A stretch of 64,000 bases of DNA from Eledone cirrhosa (Eukaryota): the NCBI GenBank assembly GCA_964016885.1, contig OZ024742.1, forward strand, positions 92,194,001 through 92,258,000, written 5' to 3'. The translations under genes and the position numbers were made by a program. Position 1 is the stretch's first letter. Each line of letters opens with the position of its first letter. This document shows, one piece after another, positions 14,976 through 28,819 of the stretch. Under the pieces are notes generated by a model. The model ran no database searches. It was not told the DNA's origin and saw nothing but the letters and a program-made list of their open reading frames with translations.

Positions 14976-15020
<45 letters not shown>

Positions 15021-15253
15021 AAAAGTGTAATTTACTACACAAAACGAAGGTTATAGAGAAAAATTTTAACTCTTATTATTATTAATTTTTCTTAATATTA
15101 ATCAACATTTGAAAAGATGGCTTTTGCAGACCCATCGAAACCGGTCATTTTTTATACCCTTTATTATTTCCTTACCTTATAAAATTATATGTTTTTTCAC
15201 AAAAAAGTATTCTGTCTCTTATATATTCCATGTGCCATTACCAACCACAATTT

Positions 15254-15288
<35 letters not shown>

Positions 15289-15289
<1 letters not shown>

Positions 15290-15488
15290 GTAATAATAAT
15301 AAAATTGAAGACTAAAATCCAAAGAGGGCTCGATAAGGAAAATATATATCAAATATATAAGAACCGTAGAGCAAATATTTATTAAAATAACAGATTAAAG
15401 TTTAAGCAAAGAATCGCTGCTTTCACCAGAAGATCCCGTTAAGGGTGAAAGCAGCGATTCTTTGCTTAAACTTTAATCTGTTATTTTA

Positions 15489-15542
<54 letters not shown>

Positions 15543-15545
15543 ATT

Positions 15546-15578
<33 letters not shown>

Positions 15579-15581
15579 ATT

Positions 15582-15613
<32 letters not shown>

Positions 15614-15657
15614 AACAAAGAATTGCTGCTTTCACCCTTAACGGGATCTTCTGAAAC
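15289..15657. mobile_element. CAGAAGA-hammerhead family: fold-back and a further fragment
   Basis: Arms ~15375-15428 and 15441-15495. Fragment at 15612-15657. Same family as 27311, 51711 and 58996. Confidence 0.8.
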
Positions 15658-17444
15658 ATATATATATATATATCATGTACACTTTTTTGCTCCTTTCTAA
15701 ATCTTTATTGTTTTTCTCCCTTTATTCTTTTATAAATTTGTAAACATATCACACAATGAATAATTGTTTCTTCTATTCACAGCAAAAACTACATATTCCT
15801 TATTAGATCAGTCTGTATAGCATAAAGTAACCAAAACCAAACATACGCGCTTATTTTCTGTGGGTACGGCAAAAAAGTACAACTGAAAAAGTAAAACTGG
15901 TTTTTGCCGGCAAAGGTGGCAATATGGCAGTCGTTATTTAGAACTTGAGAATAAATGACTCCGACAGTCTCGGGTCTGTGCTCATATCCCGCCGAGGTCA
16001 ACTTTACTTTTCATCATTTCACAGTTAGTACCCGTCTAGGGTTAGTGAATTCTGCAGAATTTATATAGACGGACAAGATGCTTTGCAGCTCTGGTCGTTT
16101 TGAGATCAAATACCACTTCTTTCTGGCACGAGTTGCCACCGACAGATAGTAATAGGAATGGAAAATCCAATTGAAAAGTTGTTTGTCTCCTTGATCTAAT
16201 TTGACAATCGGATCCTTTCCTTTCCTTGCCAACCAACTTTTCAGCATATTTTATACGAGATCAAATCTCCAAACTAGAAATATCGATTACTTTATCTTTG
16301 AGAAGGGATTTTACAACAAGCAAGCTGAATCCATAAGACAGCTTTGAAATATTAACGCTTACGTGATATAGTAACTTCCTTCTTATTTTGGGTGTCCAGC
16401 TTCATATCTAAATACAAATCAATATATGTGGATATCTCATGAATTGTACCAAGGACAGGGGCAGACTAGGGAATTCGTATCCTTTGATTACTTATTCGAA
16501 AGCAAAAACGAATTGGCTTGCTTCAGTTCTTATCAATACACGCAGATTCGTAAACACACTAACATACACAGAAATTCACATCTATCCATCGACTCTGGGT
16601 TACAGATGGAGACGTAGAAACACTTAAAACTAGCAAAGCCCATCCCTCTCATGTCGGAACACAGCCGATTTCTTCCAGAGAAAGGTTGAGAAAAAGTGAA
16701 AGAAGAGAAAGCGAATGAAAGAGATGGAATGTAGAAGAAGAATCGACCGAATACTGGACTAGTAATTTATTTATCGACCTCGAAATGGTGAAAGGTGAAA
16801 TGGTGGGATTTCAACACAGAACAGCAAGATATGATGTGTTAAAATGTAGGATCGTTGAGCTAAATATATAATTCACTCGACGGACTTCTATCCAATTTCA
16901 CCCAGAAAGTATCGTTTGATCTGAAAGTACGGAAAAGTTACTTACCTAAGATGCTTGACAATGGGTCAACCTCGTGATCCTGTAGTTGTGAATTATTGGC
17001 AAACGAACTTATTAAGCACCCAATCATGCCTGCGTTCATACAGACATGCATACATATTTGAATACATACATACACACTTACATACAAACATACATACATA
17101 CAAAGATACATACATACATACATTCAAACATACATACATACTTATGTATGGATTCATGCATACATAGTTTCCAGAAATTTAGCATGGAATAACTGCATAT
17201 ACACAGGTATAGATATATGTATATGTGCAAATATAAGTCAAAACACAGATTCACACATGCAATGAAATCCATACCTGCACTCTCGCGCGCGTGCACACAT
17301 ACATAGAAAATTAGCTAATTGGTGTTGTCGAAATTCTAAAGAGTCTTGTTTGTTTTTTGCGTTAGAAACCGACTCTCTGACTCTGTTGATGAGAAATTAA
17401 TAAATAAATAAAGCAAGAACACACACACACACGCACACACGCGT

Positions 17445-17548
<104 letters not shown>

Positions 17549-17549
17549 A

Positions 17550-17700
17550 AATAGTAAAAAAGAAAATTACAGTAGAAAATGCTGGAGGGATTTTTTTCAG
17601 TATAATATCAAAGCATTTATTTATAAAGTGGGGATTTCCGCATTTAATCGTGGTACCGGTTTCAGCATTATATACTTTTTCAACAACAGAAGTGTAAAGT
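17550..17700 (-). mobile_element. Short repeat with a degenerate hammerhead
   Basis: Minus strand TTGAAAA agtat ata atgct GAAA ccgg TA. Homolog on the plus strand at ~42490-42645. Confidence 0.5.
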
Positions 17701-17830
17701 GCAGTTAAATTGCATAAAATAGAGAAGAAAAATTATTAGTTTTTGCATACATATTTAGAGAGGAACGTTCATGTTTCTCTCCGAGGCTCTTTCGTACTCT
17801 GCTAGTTGACCAACAGAGTTGGTAGTTGTT

Positions 17831-17884
<54 letters not shown>

Positions 17885-17887
<3 letters not shown>

Positions 17888-18165
17888 AGTAATTCAGTGA
17901 ATTACTGGTGTTGGTGCCAAAGCAAGCACTCTATGCACAGGCAGAGTTATGGACTCGACTCCACTATCGATCTGCTCTTCAAGCTGGCGTTGTGAAAAAA
18001 AATTGTCACATCGTCAGACGGAAGAGCAGATCGAAAGTGGAATCGGTTACATAACTCTTGTGGGTGACCTTGAGCCAATCCTCTGCGAAACGCGCGTAGC
18101 GGGTCGATACACAATATATATCTTTTACATGTAAACGAAACTTCTTCGTTTTTTCTAATATATAT
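17885..18165 (+). mobile_element. Fold-back element with a long-stem-II hammerhead (core mutated to CGGAAGA)
   Basis: Hairpin at 17943-18058. CGGAAGA gcag...ctgc GAAA cgcgcg TA at 18019-18098. Homolog at 56852-57110. Confidence 0.7.
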
Positions 18166-18211
18166 ATATATCATCGTTTAACGTCCAATTCATAGATACA
18201 TTCATACATAC

Positions 18212-18284
<73 letters not shown>

Positions 18285-18288
<4 letters not shown>

Positions 18289-19138
18289 AACATAAATTAT
18301 CGAGAATCGCATTTCGGCCCACGAAATAACGAAACGATCAAGTAATTCGGGTATTGAAAATTTACCCGGACCCGTGGAAGGTTGGTAAAATCAACTATTT
18401 GGGTTTCTGCGGCTCCTAAATCAAGTACTGTCCGCCTACATAAATAATGTTAGGCTTCTGGTAAGATGATTGAACAAGGAAGCCACTTTCTCAACAGGGT
18501 TTAGTTCAATGTTAATACAAGGACTGACTATTGCTGACCCCACGTGGGGATCGGCAAGGGAGGCAACCCCTATATCAGGCGAATGAATTCAGTTGTGTAT
18601 ATTTTTGCAAGAATGCAAAAACATCACAAATCGAATAGAGTTCTCAATAGAAGGGTTAAAAATAACATAAGCTATTCATCAGTCAATAGAATCAACTAAA
18701 AAATCAAGAAAATTAACTGGTCAATAGCTAGAGTCTGGAGATTAATACAAACATAAATTATCGAGAATCGCATTTCGGCCCACGAAATAACGAAAAACAA
18801 CCTCCGAGATGTGTGGCAAGTGCTCAATGATTCAGATGAACCAGAGCTATAACAAACGTTAAAGGTCAAACACACTGAGACGATGGTTAAACAATCATGC
18901 GCATAGGCCCCCCCAAAAAACGATCAAGTAATTCGGGTATTGAAAATTTACCCGGACCCCTGGAAGGTTGGTAAAATCCAGTTTTTGGGTTTCTGCGGCT
19001 TCTAAATCAAGTACTGTCCGTCTTCATATATAATGTTAGGCTTCTGGTAAGATGATTGAACAAGGAAGCCACTTTCTCAACAGGTTTTAGTTCAATGTTA
19101 ATACAAGGACTGACTATTGCTGACCCCACGTGGGGATC
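18285..19138. repeat. Partial tandem repeat beginning at a (TA)n tract
   Basis: 18285-18552 is repeated at 18746-19138. The second copy has about 120 extra bp. Confidence 0.85.
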
Positions 19139-20789
19139 ATGGTAAATACAATCACCAAAGGTGTTATCCTGAAATGAAGCTGTTCACATTAGTTAACTCT
19201 TTGTTACACCAAAATTCAAATATATGTACGAAAAGGTATGAAAGTGAGGCCCTTCTTTATTAACAGGAAAATATAAAACCTTCAATGTCGCTTACAGCAT
19301 TGACAAAATGACAAGTTAAATCATAAAACATGGGTTGATTTTTCAACGTAATAATGTGGTAATGCTTCATTGGTGCTGTTGTAAATGAATTAAAATAAAG
19401 TAAATATGAGATGAGACCAGGGAAAGAAAATTTGAGTTAGAAGATGAGAATAAAGAGTCTTACACCACAATTGAAACTAAAAAGAGAATAGAAGAAAAAT
19501 AGAAATATAAAACAAAGGTAGAGTTAGGGGAGGAAGAAAATGGATGCTGGTAATTGAAATGCAATTGAAAAAACAAGCAAATAACAATTGAATGAGGCAG
19601 ACGAGAGAGAAATTGGTCTGTTTAACTTGACACTTGTCAAAACAAATTTCGTTGAAAGATCTCCAAGTCAGCCAATTTCTCTCATTTGCTGGCAGATATT
19701 ATTCCCTACACACTCTCTCCTCCTGCTACTCCTCCTCCTCCTCCCCCTCCTCCTCATCCTCCTCTCACTATCTCTCTCTCTCTCTCTATCTATCAATCTA
19801 CCACTCTCTCTTATAACATATGTTTGTTCGTGTGTATGTTTATATGTGCATGTACATATATATAAAGAGGGAGAAAGAGCGAGAGAGGGGGAGAGAAAGA
19901 ATGAGAGAGAAGAGTGAGTGAAGAATTGAGCCTCGCAGAGAAGAAAAGAGATAGACATGTTGGTATATAGAAAGCGATAATTAGATACTTACATACATAG
20001 ATACATAGATGATACTAATGAGAAAAACAACAGTGTGTATGCATGAAGGTTTGTCCATGCATATGTAAGCATGAGCGTTTGTCCATGTATATGTATGCAT
20101 GTATGTGTGTCCATGAATATGTGTCCATGTATATGTGTACATATATGTATGCATGAAAGTGTGTCCATGTATATGCATACATATACGTGTGACCATTTAT
20201 ATTGTGCATGTATATTTGTCCTTGTATGTGTATGCATGTATATTAATGCATATACGTGTGTCCCGGCTTGCGTGAGAGATTGGGGCGAGTAGGAAGGGAC
20301 AGAGACTATCTCTCTATATAAAACTAAAACAGTATTACTGTTGCCAAAGTAAATTAATCAATTTATTGTATGTAATATTGATTTCTAATTTAAGCAGAAG
20401 GCTTGAAAATTTGAAGGAAAGCAAAGTGGATTAAAACAATGCCAGTGGCTGACTGGTATTATATTTTATGGACCCTGGCGGAATTTGAACTGAGAATGTA
20501 AAGAGCCAGAAAAAATACCACACCGTCCTTTTATCCGACGCTCTACCGTTTCTGCCAAACCACCATCCTAGTTTACTGTAGTGATATATTGTTGTCATCC
20601 GCATAGTATGATGGTCAGAAATACAACTCGGTATATGATTGTGTCGATTCTCCACCCACCTTTCCTTAATTTGATTTCAACGAAGAAGTACATGTTTACA
20701 ACTCAGAAAACTCCTAAATTGACTAATTAAGCCAATTTGTATATAGTGAGACTGTTTTGTTAGTTTTATTTTGTTAATATGGGATAAGA

Positions 20790-21265
20790 GATAGCACTGG
20801 TGTCTTATGGAGGCTTTTGTGGGGTTTTTTAATTAGTTTTTCTGGAAGATGGGGCAGTAGCCGTGGTCTTCATAGGTTGAGAAAGATCGATGCTGTTGGT
20901 GTTTTGTTGAAATTGTTGCAGGTTCACACTTTTGGAGGGAAAAATGTACAGGTAGGGAGTTCTTCATGACCGACGTTTGAGGACGGAAGAACTGGACAGG
21001 AGGGTTTGTGGATCGGGAAAACATGGATGCTACGAGGAGGAGAAACAATTGAGTCCAGCAGAGCTTCCAGTAAGCTGGTGTTCTTGGCAAGAATGGCAGG
21101 GCGTAGGGGTTAATGTGGGGAGTGGAGAATTGGACCCACATGAGTGATGAAATTAGAAGAGGCAAGTTAGTTGGGAGTGTCTGAGGAGATATAATGCATA
21201 TAGCAAACACCGAGGAGCTGAGTCCCTTTTCGTAACAGAGGGAGGAAACAGCAAGTCCGTGGACC
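20790..21265 (-). mobile_element. Decayed non-LTR retrotransposon (LINE) 3' fragment
   Basis: FLPRTPAYWKL resembles the FxPRT..xWN motif at the C-terminus of LINE ORF2. GC content is locally higher. Confidence 0.4.
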
Positions 21266-22134
21266 AGAAGCTGTACCGACTAATGATTTACCGGACGACT
21301 AAAAGAACATTAATTATTGTGATATCACTGGCCTGTCATACAACTTAGGTATCGTTAACATGGACCTCTTGAGGGCACAGATATGAGGATGTGGCTAAGA
21401 AGTTTGTTTTGCAGCTACGTGGATGCGGATGTAAATGTCTGAAATTGCCCCCCCCCCCCCTCATTACATTGTACCTGAAAACAATTCGTCGGAAATTTTT
21501 TAAAACTGAATATATTTCTATCAGCGGCCATTTGCAATATTTACTTGCGTTGCAAGATGGCTGCCTCGCAAGTAGAAGGGTGAGGTGGTCGTCAGAGTGG
21601 GAACAGCAGTAACCTCGATAACGTAAACAAATACGCCCTTCAATTATTTTCAAACACCAAAATAGATTTAATGAAAGAAACAATGTAAATATTAAACAAA
21701 CAGACAGAGCTTAAAATTTACACTATAGAAAACACAAAAAAGAATATTGTTGAAAACATTAATTTAAATGTGAAAAAAAAAATCGTCGTATGAACCAGAG
21801 ATTTCCAAGTTTTTTAATTAACTCCCCTTTTTATAGAAAATGTTTTATCAGCCATCCCCACCCCCGTCGTAAAGTTGTTCAAAAACTGTACATTGAAAAT
21901 TAATTTTTTGTTTTTAATTTAAGCATTTATTGAATAATTGAAGGTGACAGTTTTACGAGCAAGTAGTTATTTGTTTTGTTTTTTCCCCTTATCACTTTTT
22001 GCTTTCCAACTTTGCATTTAAGAGTCGCTTTTTATGCTCCCAGCTGCCCCAACAGGGTGATAGTGCCCACTATGGGAATCGCTGGTATAAGTAATACGAA
22101 TAACAACAACACCAACAACAACAAAAATACACTG

Positions 22135-22352
22135 TACGATGGTCGGATGAAATATTTATAGGCTCCAAAGTTCATAGGCTGACCAAGATACTCTCATGGA
22201 GTGACCAAATGCGGTTTATTTTTTAACATACTTCCTGGAAAGAAACAATACAGTTATTAATAAGAAGAGTTAAAATTAATGCATGCAAGATTTCACAACT
22301 CTCGCATCACTCCTTCATAGTCAGGCTATGAACATTTCACCCTACCCTAGTA
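22135..22352. mobile_element. Mariner-derived MITE, degenerate
   Basis: tacgatggtcggatgaaa...ttcataggctgac against gtcaggctatgaacatttcaccctaccctagta, with TA ends. A matching end lies at ~43970-44042. Confidence 0.6.
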
Positions 22353-22479
22353 GGTCATAAGGGGTTCCACGTTGTGAACCAGTTAAAAAAACGCAAGTGG
22401 ATTGGAACAGCTCAGAAAATGGTCGCATTGTCATTCTGTGCGATCTTTTGTGATGTTTGTTCATATCACCTCTTTTTTG

Positions 22480-23345
22480 TTGGTATGTGGATTGGCAGTA
22501 TCGATAGAGGGTCGGACGCCATGCTTTGACGCATAGAGTTACGGCCCTTGCCATTCTGACTTCAAATCCCGCCGAGGTTAACTTTGCCTTTCATCCTTAC
22601 GGGATCGATAAAATAAAGTACCAGTAATTCACTGGGATAATTGCTGACCTTGTGCCAAAAGTAGAAACAATTATTTCATAATGAGCAGGGCGGCGGATTT
22701 TCATTATCGGTAGAGCGTCGGGAAATATGCATTGCGGCATGTAGTTACGGCCTTTTACATTCCGATTTCAAATTCCGCCTTGAGGTATCGATAAAATAAA
22801 GGACCTGTAACGCACTGGGGCCGATTTAATCGACTTTTCTTTTCTCTTTAAATTGCTGGCCTTGTGCCAAAAGTAGAAACAATTATTTCATAATGCGGTG
22901 GCTTGGCATTTTGTCAATAAGAATCGAAAGAACATCGGACAAATGTGTAGTAGTATATATCCCAGCACTTTACGTTTTGAGTTCAAATTCCACAGAGGTT
23001 AATCCTTCCGCGGTAGATAAAATAAAGTACCAGTCAAGTCCTCCCCGCACAAAGTAATTTAGGTCTTACAAAGCCATTACTTCATAATACGGTAGCGTGT
23101 AAGAGTCATTAGAACATCGGACAAATATATAGCAATATTTTTTCGTTCGGCTCTTCTTTATATTCTGATTTCATATTCCACTAAGATTAACTTTGTCTTT
23201 AATCCGTCCCGCGCTCGATAACATAGAATACCAGTTAAATAAAGGTGTCGATATAATCGATTTTCTCCCTCCCCCCTCCCCCACACACACAGAAAAATAA
23301 ATACTAGCCTTGTGCATAAAGTAGACATCATTATTTCATAATGCT
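22480..23345 (+). mobile_element. Head-to-tail cluster of about 4 tRNA-derived SINE copies
   Basis: Repeated ggcag.atcggtagagcgtcgg ... ttcaaatcccgccgagg ... cgataaaataaagtaccag ... gccttgtgccaaaagtagaaacaattatttcataat units of ~200 bp. Confidence 0.75.
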
Positions 23346-24231
23346 GGCATAATGTCCAGTCTATGAAATGTCCAGCGCAATCCTGACTCTATGTGTATTC
23401 TTTCTTAGCTAATACTGTACGGCTACAAACTATGTTTTCCCCCTGGTCCCTATGTTTTGTGCAGTTTCTTAGTTTATTCTCTTTCATTATATTCTTTTGG
23501 TGGAAAAACTTTTATCCTGTACCACAATCAAAAATCTTTCAGTCTCAGTTTTTATTCATGCCTTTCTGAAACAATTTTATGCTCTTTGTCTATTTTCCCC
23601 TGTTCAGTATTTTCCCCCTCAAGTCATGTTGCGACTTTCCTTACTTTCACATTATGAAGCCCAATTGTTTCACTTCTCACAACTCTCTACCATTTCAGTT
23701 TCTGTTCTAAATATGTTGTCTTCCTGGAAGACAAGAAAATGTTGTAGTTTTTTTGTTGTTTTTTTTTCGGTGGGAGGGGAATGTAGATATTTGTAAAACG
23801 TTTTCCATTATTTTTGTCTTTATGGAGTCTAAACTGCCTACACTATCACACTCATTTTCTTTTTCTTTTCAAAAGGGGATTTTAACACCGCAATATCATA
23901 AAATACAAGATGCAACTGTAAACTGTGATTTTTTTTTTGTCTTACTTTACTCCCGTTGCCACTCCTTCATTTCGCACCTACACTCTACTGGATTTCTTAA
24001 ATCAATATTAACTGAACTGGGACAGCTAGACTAATGATGACTATTACCTTATTTTATCTCTGATTTAAGTATTAATCTAATTCAGAGACTTTCAAACATT
24101 TTGCCCCCCCCCCCCCCACACACACACACATTCACGGCCACGTAATACCTTCAGCGCCCCCACCCCTATTTCCAGAGAGACCTGCCTACACGCAAATTGT
24201 AAACAATATATAATACATGAGATCGTTAATT

Positions 24232-24415
24232 TATATGGCAGTATCGGTAGAGGGTCGGACGCCATGCTTTCCAGCATAGTTACGTCCCTTTACGATCTGA
24301 GTTCAAATCCCGCCGAGGTTGACTTTGCCTTTCATCCTTACGGGGTCGATAAAATAAAGTACCAGTAATGCACTGGGTAATTGCTGGCCTTGTGCCAAAA
24401 GTAGAAACAATTAAT
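24232..24415 (+). mobile_element. tRNA-derived SINE
   Basis: Same consensus, with the B-box-like gagttcaaatcc. Other copies: 20400-20565 (-), 26060-26250 (-), 40900-41025 (+), 45128-45270, 45400-45585, 49770-49915 (-), 54555-54690, 56000-56290. Confidence 0.75.
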
Positions 24416-25892
24416 TTATATATACTAGATAATGTAATATATACTATGTATAAATAAATATTAATATTTTTTTATTTTACTATATTTATATATAATATGT
24501 ATCATTTGATATTCAATATACTATTATATCATCTCTACCCAGCGCCCCCTGAACCCCCCCCCCCCGATGGAGGGAGACGTAGCGCCCACTTTGAGAACCT
24601 CTTATCTAATTCATTTATAAACATTACTTCATATACTTTTCTTTTATTTGTATACGTTGAGCTATGTTTGGTTCATTTTTCTGTTGTTGTTTTGTTCCAA
24701 GAATTGATTATACAAAAATGACGTCTATTCAGTTCCTTGAACTGCAATAGCAGTGACTGCACTTATATGTTTGGAAATGAAGTTAAGTATTTTCGTAGTG
24801 GTACTTGTCTGACAAGTGACGTGATCTGAGATTGTGTTGAAACAAAAGTAATTACAGCGCAGAAGACTTATTTTAATTATTCAAAAACGCACAAAAATTT
24901 TAACTTTACTTTATATTCATCGTTTATTTCTTTGTCACAATTGTCGTCGCACTGTCAGTGACAGGGTTGCAAACGATAAGACGAAAATTTTGATACCAGG
25001 AAATAAAGAGTAAAAGTAAATCTAAACTATTTTTGTCTGTTTTTTTTTTTTATGGGTAAATGACTCTTCCAAGGTGTAATTGCTAAAGTTACGTATTATA
25101 TTTATAAAAATATCATACTTTGAACAATCACCGATTTGAACTCTAGTTTGTCCATGGAGTTTTCATCATGGTGAAAAATGCAGTGTAGTGGACGAGATTG
25201 AAAGGGCTAAAGACAGAGATGCCTTTCTTTTTCCATAAGTCTTTATAGGCGTTAGCAAGTTTCACTTAAAAAGGAAATTGAAGATAGAGAGGGAAGTGCT
25301 GTCTTCTAGAAAATTTGTTGAGAGGGAAATGAGAGTGAGGTTCATGGTCCGATTAAACGGGCCTTCACTGAGCATGCACATGTAGACTAAAGGAAGAAAG
25401 CTGGGAGAAGGCAGCCGCTTTAGCCGCCAGGGTGACTTCGGCGTTTTGAGAGGATTTTTCACGTGTTGCCCTGGGAAGTATTCCCCTTCTTTTTCTTCTT
25501 CTTCTTCTTCTTCTTCTTCTTCTCATATATTTCCATAGGAGGGAAATAGTAAGAGATATGTTTTCTTGTAGATATATGAAGAGATATCTCTAAATAATTC
25601 CGATGTAACACATTTGATCGTAAAATCTCATCCAATTTCTGTAATGCAGATTTTAGAAAACTTTTCTATGTTGTAAACTTCCGCAAAATTTTAAATAAAA
25701 TTTTTTTTTTCTACTGTTTGTCTATGCCCTAAAAACTGTATTTGTCTGACCCGACTCATGGCGTTATTTAGGCAAAATTTTTAAAAATTATGTTAAATAT
25801 ATCTTAATAAAAAATGATCACTAATTCTTATTTAGGTCACCGGTTTGTTATTTGGAAGAGAATGTGAATCTCTATTTGCATTATCATTATGT

Positions 25893-25961
<69 letters not shown>

Positions 25962-26343
25962 TGTGTGTCAAGTTTAATATATGATTTCTTTTATATATAG
26001 ATAGATATCAATTTTAATATATGATTTGAATTCGTGAGTGAATAATAATAATATTATAATAATTGTTTCTACTTTTGGCACAAGGCCAGCAATTACCCCA
26101 GTGCATTACTGGTGCTTTATTTTATCGACCCCGTAAGGATGAAAGGCAAAGTTAACCTCGGCAGGATTTGAACTTAGAACGTAAAGGGCCGTAACTCAAT
26201 GTCACGATGAATGTTGTCCGCCGCTCTACCGATACTGCCAATCCATCACCATAATATTATTAATATTCGGTTTGTTTACAAGTAAACAGCCTCATAAAAC
26301 ACCACGTGGTAGAGATGACGACGTCATCCTTTTGTTCCAGCTG

Positions 26344-26970
<627 letters not shown>

Positions 26971-26992
26971 ATATATATCAAGTTTAATATAT

Positions 26993-27039
<47 letters not shown>

Positions 27040-27040
<1 letters not shown>

Positions 27041-27280
27041 CTGACGATAGCTAATAAGCTTGAAACTAGTACAGCGTTCCTTTGTCAGTGTTGAACAAAC
27101 GAGCAACGATGGTTGCTATACACTACGGCTTAATACGGGATGCTTGTTTACAGACACACCGAGCATTATAATAAATGTTCGGTGAATCCATACGTACATA
27201 TATATATGTGTGTGCATGTATGTATATATATATACATACTACTGTACGTCTGTATACATATATGTATGTACGTGTACATA

Positions 27281-27285
<5 letters not shown>
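27040..27285 (+). mobile_element. Short TA-embedded element starting with a minimal hammerhead (27040-27075)
   Basis: g CTGACGA t agct aata agct t GAAA ctag TA c. Stem I is truncated by (TA)n. Family of 6682-7220. Confidence 0.75.
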
Positions 27286-27310
<25 letters not shown>

Positions 27311-27315
<5 letters not shown>

Positions 27316-28009
27316 TAAAATAACAGATTAAAGTTTAAGCAAAGAGTCGCTGCTTTCACCCTTAACGGGATCTTCTGAAACTATCAAAGTCAATCTGTAA
27401 ACGCAGAAGTGGATATTTTAAAAAACGTTGCAACCGGAGGAAGACAGGAAGGCGATACTTGGGTTTGTGGAAACGTTCCAGGGGAAAGAACGGGGAAAAA
27501 CGAATATAATACGTCATTAATAGGAGCGGTGAAAAACAATTACGTGCAAAGACAGAACCACGTTTATGGTATAAAAGAGGTCGTATACTAATGTTCTCTT
27601 AGGTGGTTCATAGAGACGTTCTCTGGCAATGAACGAAAAAAACGAAGATAATACGTCATATGTGGAGCGTAGAGAACAATTGCACGCAAAGAACGTGGTT
27701 CTGTCTTTGCGCGTAATTGTTTTTCACCGCTCCTATATTCGTTTTTTCCCGTTCTTTGCCAGGGAACGTTTCCACGAACCAAAGTATCGTATTCCTGTCT
27801 TCCTCCGGTTGCAACGTTTTTTGAAATATCCACTTCTGCGTTTACAGATTGACTTTGATAGTTTCAGAAGATCCCGTTAAGGATGAAAGCAGCGATTCTT
27901 TGCTTAAACTTTAATCTGTTATTTTAATAAATATTTGCTCTACGGTTCTTATATATTTGATATATATTTATCCTTATCTTTGGATTTTAGGCTTTAAATT
28001 TATTATTAT

Positions 28010-28013
<4 letters not shown>
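27311..28013. mobile_element. CAGAAGA-hammerhead family fold-back, longest copy
   Basis: Arms ~27311-27590 and ~27640-27935. HHR-like motifs at 27332-27382 (-) and 27860-27910 (+). Confidence 0.85.
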
Positions 28014-28060
<47 letters not shown>

Positions 28061-28819
28061 TTTTTTTCACATAAAAACAGGTAGAATTTCCAAAACTAAT
28101 CAGATTAGAGCAAACATCATGGACGCTCTATCTCAAAATTAATTTTGAAAAGCATTAGAAATGCGCAACCGGTAACACTTAAAACCAAAACTGAATACTA
28201 ACCAATACTATTACTAATTCTCATTTATTTCTAATTAAACTATTTTTCACTGTGAACAATTTGTCAGCATTTTCTTTTCCGTTTACCAATATATATATAT
28301 ATATATTGTTATACTTGGGGAGGGTCATATTTGTGTAATATTGCCAGAATTAATAACAGAACCCACTCACTGTTTGGTTGGTTTTCGCTTTTCGCTTCTG
28401 TGTCTTTTATATCGATAATTTAATTTATTCGGTCCTCAATGTTGCCATTGACTGACCAACGGTCAAAAACATAGATACAATATAGACACAAACACATATA
28501 TATAGTTTATCAAAGTTCTTTCGTTGCACATCTGCAACATCGTCAATGGTGCTATTGTTTCCTCCCGTTGCATTGTATTTTCTACGCCATCTTTATTTAG
28601 TCTGTTTATATACTTATTTATTTGTTTATTTTATTTCGTCTTATTTGCGCATGCGTTTGCGTGTTTGTATAGTGTTTTGTTTGACGTGTGTTCGTGATTG
28701 GGTGACTGTGTATTGGTTAATGCATTCTATCTTTACTAGTGTGTGTTTATATATGTTTGTTGTTATTGTGCTTGTGTATGTATTTATTTATTTATTTATC
28801 TATTTATTTATTTATTTAT

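Larger units (their letters stand above)
11985..14977 (+). mobile_element. Penelope-like retroelement copy 2, decayed
   Basis: LLSLGPKF, LPSDKG, RPIVS, GLPMGS, RYVDD, YIGST.RPLHIRIKEH-type motifs across several frames. The protein is similar to copy 1. Bounded by (TA)n. Confidence 0.9.

Noticed and set aside
24290-24320. tRNA genes suggested by gagttcaaatcc motifs
   Set aside because: These are SINE heads and do not form a cloverleaf.
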